This document shows positions 1 to 9,582 of a stretch of 64,000 nucleotides of DNA, one piece after another; positions within the stretch are counted from its first letter, which is position 1; every line of letters begins with the position of its first letter. The notes under the pieces are model-generated. The model saw only the letters and a program-made list of their open reading frames with translations. It was not told the DNA's origin and did not search any database. The position numbers and the translations under genes are program-made. This DNA comes from Octopus bimaculoides. Lineage: Eukaryota. The DNA lies in the NCBI RefSeq assembly GCF_001194135.2, contig NC_068999.1, positions 27,930,806 through 27,994,805 on the forward strand, given 5' to 3'.

Positions 1-216
1 CCTTTGAAATACAAGTACAACAGAAACAGGAAGTAAGAGTGAGAGAAAGTTGTGGTGGAAGAGTACTGCAGGGTTCGCCACCATCCCCTGCCGGAGCCTC
101 GTGTAGCTTTAGGTGTTTTTGCTCAATAAACACTCACAACACCCGGTCTGGGAATCGAAACTGCGACCTTATGACCGTGAGTCCGCTGCCCTAACCGCTG
201 GGCCATTGCGCCTCCA
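1..216 (-). mobile_element. tRNA-derived SINE, family A (3' end runs off the window)
   Basis: The reverse complement starts TGGAGGCGCAATGGCCCAGCGGTTAGGGCAGCGGACTC...GTTTCGATTCCCAGACC (A/B-box-like tRNA head). It is closely similar to the copy at 10795-11128. Confidence 0.85.
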
Positions 217-244
217 CGCCAGCACACATATATTTACCATAGAT

Positions 245-420
245 ATATCTACCACATTACAACATTGTGAAAAAACAAAAGCTTGTCTATTATGGTCATA
301 TAATACAAGAAGCAGAGTTCTGGAAAACATTATCATGGGAGGAAGAGTAGAGAGTAGTAGATCAAAAGGCTGACAAAGAACGCAATGGATAGACGCAAGA
401 AATGTATTAGGGATGGCCAA
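245..420 (+). mobile_element. RTE LINE 3' ORF remnant
   Basis: Degenerate translation ..VKKQKLVYYGHI..VLENIIMGGRVESSRSKG.QRTQWID matches the RTE C-terminal WYGH...G.R.RGR.R..W pattern. Confidence 0.65.
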
Positions 421-1708
421 TCACCTGCAACCTCTTTCCTATAAATTTGACACCACGTGTCTACAATACACAAATGCTTACTCTTGAATAAAAAAGATGA
501 CAGAAAGACTTTCCTTGTAAGGTCATCAATGCACTTCAGGTGTGCGATGAGCTGTCTTTCATATGTTCCTCCATCATTGTTCTCTTCCTCATTCTCTCTT
601 CTTTCAGACCCATTTTTCGAAAAATACAATGAGTCAGAGGATTGAAGGTTTCAAGAAGTGACTTTCTGGACAGTTTGAGTAATAGTATTGATAGAAGTAG
701 CAGTAATAGTAATAGCAGAAGTTGTTATTGTTATAATAGTGGTGGTATTAGTAGCAGCAATGGCAAAAATGGTAGTGAAATAGTGTATTTATATATATAT
801 ATATATCATTATAAATATACAGGGATTAGCAATTGAGTTGCTTCTCCAACATACTGAAAATTTAGAAATAGCAGTCAAAGAACTACTGATTCCAAACTAC
901 AAATTTTTCTCTAAAGTGGATGGCGATATTTATGGCACACATAGAACAAAAAACCGGAGGGAAAAGCGTAAACAAACCAAGCCTTTAGTTAATTGGATAC
1001 GAATCGTTTCATGGTTAAGTGAATGGAAATTTCACTATTCCAATCTTCAGCCCAAATATTCTGATAAATTTGAAAGTGTCTCTAAAAAAATTCACGGTAA
1101 TCTTTGGCCATGCGACACCAGACACTTTCAAATTTATCAGAATATTNNNNNNNNNNNNNNNNNNNNNNNNNNNNNNNNNNNNNNNNNNNNNNNNNNNNNN
1201 NNNNNNNNNNNNNNNNNNNNNNNNNNNNNNNNNNNNNNNNNNNNNNNNNNNNNNNNNNNNNNNNNNNNNNNNNNNNNNNNNNNNNNNNNNNNNNNNNNNN
1301 NNNNNNNNNNNNNNNNNNNNNNNNNNNNNNNNNNNNNNNNNNNNNNNNNNNNNNNNNNNNNNNNNNNNNNNNNNNNNNNNNNNNNNNNNNNNNNNNNNNN
1401 NNNNNNNNNNNNNNNNNNNNNNNNNNNNNNNNNNNNNNNNNNNNNNNNNNNNNNNNNNNNNNNNNNNNNNNNNNNNNNNNNNNNNNNNNNNNNNNNNNNN
1501 NNNNNNNNNNNNNNNNNNNNNNNNNNNNNNNNNNNNNNNNNNNNNNNNNNNNNNNNNNNNNNNNNNNNNNNNNNNNNNNNNNNNNNNNNNNNNNNNNNNN
1601 NNNNNNNNNNNNNNNNNNNNNNNNNNNNNNNNNNNNNNNNNNNNNNNNNNNNNNNNNNNNNNNNNNNNNNNNNNNNNNNNNNNNNNNNNNNNNNNNNNNN
1701 NNNNNNNN

Positions 1709-1756
1709 ATATATACACACACACACACACACACATACACACACACACACACACAC
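1709..1756. repeat. (TA)/(CA)n microsatellite at a gap edge
   Basis: Directly visible. Similar arrays flank most N gaps (about 9290, 9572, 32445, 57207, 57453, 60242). Confidence 0.95.
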
Positions 1757-1806
1757 TAATAATATTATTATGATATTGACTAAAATAGAGATGCCAAAGA
1801 CAATAT

Positions 1807-2034
1807 TTCTTTATTGCCCACAAGGGGCTAAACATAGACGGGACAAACAAGGACTAACAAAGGGATTAAGTTGATTATGACGACCCCAGTGTGTAACTGG
1901 TACTTATTTAATCGACCCCGAAAGGATGAAAGGCAAAAGTCAACCTCGACAGAATTTGAACTCAGACCGTAACAGCAGCCGAAATACCACTAAGCATTTC
2001 GCCTGGTGTGCTAACGATTCTGCCAGCTTGCTGC
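1807..2034 (-). mobile_element. tRNA-derived CORE-like SINE, family C
   Basis: The reverse complement has the head GCTGGCAGAATCGTTAGCAC...GAGTTCAAATTC and the CORE-like segment GCCTTTCATCCTTTCGGGGTCGATTAAATAAGTACCAG. Several more copies occur in the window. Confidence 0.85.
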
Positions 2035-2374
2035 TCTTTGGCAAAGGCAATATCAATAACATTCATAAAATGTTTAAGATGCTAACAGTAAAGAATGAGA
2101 GAGGGGGAAGGAGTGATAAAAAAGGAATAGGGGAAAATGGAGGACTACTGAAGGGGAGTGCTATCAGGGGTTAGGTGGGAATGGCGGTGGAGGGCATAAC
2201 TAACAGTACAATAACATGTAGATAAATATCATCGATAACTGACCAGCTGTGAGCACCCAACCAGAACAATTGACCTATGCCAATCAAAAGCAACAGAAAC
2301 ATCCCAATATTGTAATATTCAATTTTTTCAGTTGTCAGTGAACAAGTTGCAGTTTTAAATGTAAATTTAGATGT

Positions 2375-4615
2375 CAGCTGTAGCCTGGTCACCCGTATAG
2401 TTAACCAGGTGATACACAAAGGAGTCATACTTAATGACTGGTATAGCAGCACCATAGTCAACTGCTACAAAGGTAATGGTGACACTTTAGATACAAATAA
2501 TTACAGAGTTATCAAGTTGTTGTATCAGGTAATGAAGGTCATAGAGAGGGTCATAGCCCAACTAATTAGGGAGAGAGTCAGTATAGATAAGATGCAGTTT
2601 GGGTTTGTGCCAGGGAAAAGCACAGCACCACTGATGCTATATTTCTGGTCAGACAGCTTCAGGAGAAATACCTAGCCAAAGGTAAACCTCTGTACCTGGC
2701 TTTCATTGACATGGAGAAAGCCTTTGACAGGGTCCACCAATCCCTTATCTGGTGGTCAATGAGAAAACTAGGGATAGATGAGTGGTTAGTGAGAGCTGTA
2801 CAAGCCATGTACAGGGATGCTATCAGTAAGGTGAAGGTTGGCAATGAGTACAGTGAAGAATTCCAGGTAGGGGTAAGGGTCCACCAAGGATCAGTCCTCA
2901 GCTCCCTTCTTATTCATCATAGTCCTCCAGGCAGTAACAAAGGAATTCAAGATAGGATGCCCCTGGCAGTAACAAAGGAATTCAAAACAGGATGCTGATG
3001 ACCTTGCTCTAATAGCTAAGTCACTATCAGAACTAGAAGAGAAGTTTCAGGTGTGGTAGCAAGGATTAGAATCGAAAGGCCTTAGCATCAACCTAGCTAA
3101 AACTAAAGTCCTAATAAGTAGGAAGGTAGACAAACCACAAACCCCTTTAGGTAGATAGCTCTGCACGATCTGTAGAAAAGGAGTAGGTAGAAACTCTATA
3201 AGATGTACCCAGTGTAAGCTATGGACACATAAGAGGTGCAGCAATATCAAAGGGAGGCTAACTAAGAAGATAGTTTTTGTATTTGGCAGATGCTCAGGAA
3301 TAATAAACACTGAAAATGTGCAGAAAACAACTTCCGCCACATTCCAGGGAGAAAAACTAGAAGTAGTTGATAGCTTCTGTTACCTAGGTGACCAAGTCAG
3401 TAGCGGGGGAGGGTGCGCTGAAAGTGTAGCTGCTAGAATAAGAATAACCTGGGCAAAGTTCAGAGAACTCTTACTTTTGCTGGTAACAAAGGGCTTCTCG
3501 CTCAGAGTAAAAGGTAGACTGTATGCTGCATGTGTATGAACAGCCATGCTACATGGCAGTGAAACATGGGCCGTGACTGCTGAGGACATGCGTAAGCTCG
3601 CAAGGAATGAAGCCAGTATGTTCCGATGGATGTGTAATGTCAGTGTGCATACTCAACAGAGTGTAAGTACCTTGAGAGAAAAGTTGGACCTAAGAAGCAT
3701 CAGTTGTGGTGTGCAAGAGAGACGATTGCGCTGGTATGGTCATGTGGCGAGAATGGATGAGGATAGCTGTGTGAAAAAGTGCCACACCTTAGCGGTTGAG
3801 GGAACCTGTGGAGGAGGTAGACCCAGGAAGATGTAGGTGAAGCACGACCTTCGAACCTTAGGCCTCACTGACACAATGACTAGTGACTGAGACCTTTGGA
3901 AATATGCTGTGCATGAGAAGACCCAGTAAGAAAAGTGAGACCATAACACGTGACCTTTACCAGGGGTGTAGCCAGCCCACTTATGCGTACCTTTCTTTCT
4001 TTGGACACAAAACTCTGCTTGACCTGTTGAGGCATGTGAAATCAAAATCAAACTAAATTCGACGACTGGCACACATGCCAACCTTCCTTCATTGGACACT
4101 AAACTCTGCTTGTGAAGACCTGTTGGGGCAAGTGAAATCAAAATTGAACCAAATTCGACAACTGGCACCTGTGCCAGTGGAGCACTAACAGCTCCATCCG
4201 AGCGGGATCACTGCCAGAGCAGCTGTCTGGCTTCCATGCCAGTGGCTCGTAAAAAGTACCATTTGAGCTTGATCGTTACCAGCGTCGCCTTACTGGCACA
4301 TGAACAAAACATTCAAGCAAGGTCATTGCGGGTGCCGCTGGACTGACTCCTGTGCAGGTGGCACGTAAAAAACACCATTTGAGCGTGGCCATTGCCAGTA
4401 CCATTAGACTGGCCCTCGTGCCGGTGGCACGTAAAAGCACCCACTACACTCTCGGAGTGGTTGACGTTAGGAAGGGCATCCAGCTGTAGAAACTCTGCCA
4501 GATCAGATTGGAGCCTGGTGCAGCCATCTGGTTCGCAAGTCCTCAGTCAAACCGTCCAACCCATGCTAGCATGGAAAGCAGACGTTAAACGATGATGATG
4601 ATGAGGAGGAGGATG
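2375..4615 (+). mobile_element. RTE LINE copy 1: 5'-truncated, degenerate RT, long 3' UTR, (GAT)n tail
   Basis: Fragments include CYKGNGDTLDTNNYRVIKLL..QFGFVPGKST, MEKAFDRV, VHQGSVLS, FCYLGD and LRWYGHVARMDED, with frameshifts and stops. The tail is AAACGATGATGATG. Confidence 0.93.
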
Positions 4616-4964
4616 ATTACAAATAAATGTTTAAGTTAAATTGATGGTCTTTGTGTGTTTCTGAATGGCTAACTTATGTCTTCCATGCTGCAATCATTTT
4701 AGTTTCAGCAGACAATCTCAGACCAAAATACTTGCTGCACTTATGTGTATATACATATATATATATTATTCAAAAGAATTCCAACTCTGTCTGTTTTTTA
4801 TGTTTTATTTATATTCTTATAATATTAAAGTAGGATATAGAATATATAGTACATATAGTAAAATGGAATGAAGTATTGATTGTCTTATTGAATAAATGAA
4901 ATATTAAATATTAAAGGATTAGTATACTTTCATGCATTTTAGCAGTCTTCAAGGTCCCATGTTG

Positions 4965-4993
4965 TGACATACATACATACATACATACATACA

Positions 4994-5024
<31 letters not shown>

Positions 5025-5200
5025 GTCAGGTCGCTCTTGAGTACTACTGGTACCATGTAGTCCAGTACAACTTGTTCCATGGTCGGGTTGTCGGCAACTA
5101 AAATGGCAACTCCACCAGGCTTGTTTGGTGAGGTGGGTGCTTGTTGAACACCCTGCAGGACAGAAAATAAGACCCGTCAAAGGGTGGAGGAAATACAAGG
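4965..5200 (-). mobile_element. Short retroposon 3' fragment with (TATG)n tail
   Basis: An (ACAT)n array at about 4967-5022 abuts a GC-richer unique-looking segment, as expected for a minus-strand LINE/SINE tail. Confidence 0.45.
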
Positions 5201-5419
5201 TAGTCAATGGCCATTCAACTACGTGTGTTTGTGGAGTGTTTATGTGTGTGTATTGTAAATACTGTATTTCAGCATGTGTGTGTACATATTGTATATTGTG
5301 TTTTTAAATTGTATATATTGTATGTCAATCTTATTTTTAATTTTACTCAGTTTTTATCTCAATTTTTAATTTGTATTTATTTCTCTTATTTTAGTCTTTT
5401 TCTTATATAATAAATAGAT

Positions 5420-8080
5420 GATGGGTGGATAGAGCCCCTCTGTTTACCCAACCCATGGCAAAGGCAGTCTATCTAAGAGAAAGTAACTCTGAATTTAAAT
5501 ACTTCACTGCTGTCTTGTAGTTAGCCTTTGGTTGTGCAAAGACTGGGAGAAGGACACTCTGATATAAAACCTGCGACTGCAACTGCACCCAATGATGTCG
5601 ACTTGCTCTTCTTTTTGGATCATGCTTTGTAGTTTAGAGAGTGGGAATGGTTGCTGTGCAAAACTTTTCTTCACTTTAAAAAGTGTCAATCACAAGTATT
5701 GCTGGAGAGGAAAAAGAAATGGATATTTTGTATGTACATGGCTGGCCGAAGCTTAAAAAGGCACATCTAAACAATGAAAGTTCATATTGATAATGAAGTA
5801 AATGGCAAAAAGGGCTCTGGAACATTTTGTTCTGTGGTCTGGCCTGGTAGGTGTCCCAGGGTACCACAGCTTTGATCCGGTCATCATCATGCAACTGTGA
5901 GTAAATTCAAGTTAAGATGCAAGCTTATGAATATAGGATGTAGGAATGTTCGAATGTTATTAGACAATGATTGTCTGAAATCTTGTCCAGAGAGAAGATC
6001 CGCGCTTGTTGCAAAAGAGTTACAGTGATATGATATGGATGTTGTAGCGTTAACAGAAACAAGAATTCATGGAAAGGGGAATTTTGTAGAGAAATCTGCT
6101 GGGTGCCATTTCTTTTGGAGTGGTAAAGAGGAGACCTATAAGAGAGAATCAGGAGTGGGATTTGCTATCAAAACTTCTATGGTTTCAAAACTTGAGGAAC
6201 TACCATGTAGTCATTTGGATCGTTTAATGTCTTTAAGACATTAGAAATTTAATGTCTTTAAGACATAAGAAAAGGTCGCTATGCAACATTCATAAGTGCA
6301 TATGCTCCAACTATGAATTCATCAGAGGATGATGAACTTGCCTTCTATCTATCACTTACAGAGATTATACGCAATATCCCCCATGATGACAAAGTTGTCA
6401 TTTTGGGTGATTTTAATGCTTGCGTTGGTGCAGATTGGGAGACTTGGATTGTCTTAGAAAAGCATGGGGTTTGCTACTCTTACAAATGTGTGTAGAGATG
6501 GACAGTTGCAAGAGAAGTGCATCAAACAGGATATGGACTTATACCAAGTTCTCATTGACCTAACAAAAGCATTTGATTCTATCAATAGAATTGCACTTTG
6601 GGAGATCCTAAAAAAGCTAGGATGCCTTGAAAAATTTGTGTGAATGCTTAGACAATTTCATGACAAGATGGAAGTGAGAGTTGGTACCTTATCAGATCCA
6701 ATTTCTGTACAATATGGTGTAAAGCAAGGTGATATTCCTACTCCTACACTGTTTGCTATATATTTCGCAATAGTCTTTCAAATAGCTTTTAAAGATTGCC
6801 CTGAAGGGGTCTATATAAGATATAGGACAAGAAAACTTTTCAATCTCAAAAGACTCTGTGCCAAAACAAAAGTTCTGCATTCTTACTTTGTTGAGTTTCT
6901 GTATGCAGATGATTGTGACCTGTTGGCACATTCTCAGAATGTGCAGCACATGGTGAATGTGATTTCTGCAGCATGTGCAGCATTGGGTCTAACAGTCAAT
7001 CTAAAAACAACTGTTATAATGTACCAGCCCGCTCCCTCCAAGATGTATGTGGAACCTTTTATAACTGTGAATGGTCAAAGGTTGGAGACTGTACCTAGAT
7101 TTATTTATTTAGGAAGTACCTTGAGCACTGCTGGTCTTGATGATGAAATTTCATACAGAATTAGCAGGGCTAGTAGTGTTTTTGGTAGGCTTGATAGGCG
7201 TCTGTGGAAATAACATAATATATCTTCACAAATTAAAGTTAAGGTATATAACACATGTGTCCTCCCATCTTTGCTATATGGAAGTGAGGCATGGGTTGTT
7301 TACCCTAGGCAGGTAAGGCAATTGGAACGATTTCATCAATACTGTCTGAGAAAAATTTGGGGGATAAACTGGAAAATGGCCATTAGTAATGTGGAGGTGC
7401 TTGAAAGGAGTGGCAGTAGAAGTATAGAGTCAATGATTTTGCAAAGACATTTGAGGTGGGGGGGACATTTGGTAAGAATGAGTGATGAGCAACTACCCAA
7501 GCAGCTATTGTATGGTGACCTGGAAGATGGTAGGAGTCCAGTGAATAAGCCTACACTAAGTTTTAAGGATTGCCTTAAAAATGCTCTAATACAGACAGGA
7601 ATTGCAGCTGGTAATTGGGAGAGGGAGGCACAAGACCGTGATGGATGGAGTAAGATAGTGCATGATGGTTGTTCAAGGTTTGAGAGGGAGAGAGTAAAGT
7701 ATGAGAGAATTAGGAGGGGGCTTAGAAGGGTGGAACCTGTGGAAAGTGAGGGAGTGTTGCTTTTTATGTGTGTGGTTTGTGGGCGGAGGTGTTTGAGTCG
7801 TGCAGGCCTGGTGAACCACCAAAATTCTCATAGAAATCGACCCATGATAAACATTGATGTGGCTATTAAAATTCATAACAGAACGTGTGTAAAATGTAGA
7901 AGGGTGTGCCTCTCAGCTGGAGGTCTAAAAAGATATGCTAAGAGAGTGCATGTGGTGGCACCTGTTTCTCCTGCCAGCCAGCGCAGTTGTCTAGGATGTA
8001 ATAAAATCTGTAAAAGCTTGGCCGGGCTTAAAAGTCATATAAGAGCATCACATGGCAACAATCATGAATCATTTCAGTAA
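5420..8080 (+). mobile_element. BovB/RTE-1-like LINE: APE endonuclease, internal deletion, RT, C-terminal C2H2 zinc fingers
   Basis: EN motifs: NIGCRNVR..PERRSALVAKEL..DVVALTETR, SGVGFAI, ILGDFNA. RT motifs: IDLTKAFDS, GVKQG, LYADDCDLL, FIYLGS, LYGSEAW, LRWGGHLVRM. Three CxxC..H..H fingers lie at about 7765-8050. Confidence 0.92.
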
Positions 8081-8084
8081 GTCT

Positions 8085-8420
8085 TCTTGGACGCATTTCT
8101 GTCCTATCACATCATGATTTTCTCTCACACACTGTCTTGCAATTCGAAACACTTCAAGTCTCTGGTCCTCATGGCACAGAACATTGGCAAATTTTTTTCT
8201 TATCTGCTTCCCCTCTGGCTAAGTAAATCTGTCTCCTAGCTTCCCTTCTGGCTATCTAATACAGTTCCCCACTACCACCACACTTTCAATCCTTCCAAGC
8301 CTGTTTCTCTTCCTTAATGACCTTGTCAACTACGTTGTTCCACCATCATGTTACCTTAGGTCGAGAGGGGATTTTTCACCAGCCACAGATCTGGTCAGTA
8401 GCCCTCAGCAGGTTGTCCCA
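8085..8420 (-). mobile_element. Internal fragment of the main RTE family
   Basis: Reverse complement of about 22700-23030 (e.g. CTTATCTGCTTCCCCTCTGG, CCACAGATCTGGTCAGT). Confidence 0.85.
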
Positions 8421-8486
8421 TTGGTACCTCATATATATATATATATATATATTAGTTATAAAATCTCAAGAGGGAGTTAGAGTAGT

Positions 8487-8749
8487 AGTCCCCACGTCAA
8501 AGTGACAGTTGAATGTTACTTCTAATTTAACCTCAGGCAGATTCTCCACCAGTTGGTTTTCGGTGCAATGCTCTGCTCCCTTATATAACTGTTAGCTGCT
8601 GGAGGGTAGGTAGTAAGGGTTCACTTCCCCTGCTAGCGATGTATTTTATATAAAGGGTGCAGAGCGTTGCACCAAAAACCAGCTGTCGGAAGAATTTGTC
8701 TGGGGTTAAACTAGTAGTGACATTCAACTGACACTTTGATGTGGTGACT
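8487..8749. mobile_element. Foldback/MITE-like palindromic element
   Basis: About 100-bp imperfect inverted arms (about 8487-8590 vs 8645-8749) around a short spacer. Confidence 0.75.
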
Positions 8750-9582
8750 CACTTTGCTATATATATTTATATATCAGGTATCACTTTGAATTTTTGAAAA
8801 TATTTAAATCTAATTTCTACTGTACTTTTTCTTTGAGAGCATTCAGTAGACTGAACTGAGTACTTTTTACATGGCACCAGCACAGGCGAGGTCAGTTTTG
8901 GCATGGTTTTAGCTGAATGCCTTTCCAAATACCAACCACTTTACAGTGTGGAATGGATACTTTTTAAGCAGGATCACCAAGTAACTTTGTAAGACAAGGA
9001 ATCTTTGAGAGGGGAGGGGGCATTGGAGGAGGTGATCTTGTGCAAGATGATGAAAGGTTAGAGTGTGACATAGAGACAGAAACTGATGTCTTGCTGTAGA
9101 GGAGGTATATGGTTACCAAGCCAGAGAGAGAGAAAGAGACAGAGAGAGGGAGAGAGAGTTAACAAGAAAGAAGGCAGAAACAGGTGTGCTACTGTAAAGG
9201 AGATACATGGTTACCTACCCAGAAGGAAGAGCAAGAGAAGGAGATAAAAAGTGATCAAGAATGAAGGCAGAATATGTGTGTGTGTATATATATATATATN
9301 NNNNNNNNNNNNNNNNNNNNNNNNNNNNNNNNNNNNNNNNNNNNNNNNNNNNNNNNNNNNNNNNNNNNNNNNNNNNNNNNNNNNNNNNNNNNNNNNNNNN
9401 NNNNNNNNNNNNNNNNNNNNNNNNNNNNNNNNNNNNNNNNNNNNNNNNNNNNNNNNNNNNNNNNNNNNNNNNNNNNNNNNNNNNNNNNNNNNNNNNNNNN
9501 NNNNNNNNNNNNNNNNNNNNNNNNNNNNNNNNNNNNNNNNNNNNNNNNNNNNNNNNNNNNNNNNNNNNNNNTATATATATAT

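Noticed and set aside
457-660. Acceptor-like tract at 607 followed by DPFFEKYNESED*
   Set aside because: There is no linked exon or homology evidence, and the frames are short.
838-1874. Long ORFs in the ORF track spanning N runs (also about 9211-9791, 30047-32751, 57113-57616, 59915-60393)
   Set aside because: These are artefacts of N gaps and dinucleotide repeats.
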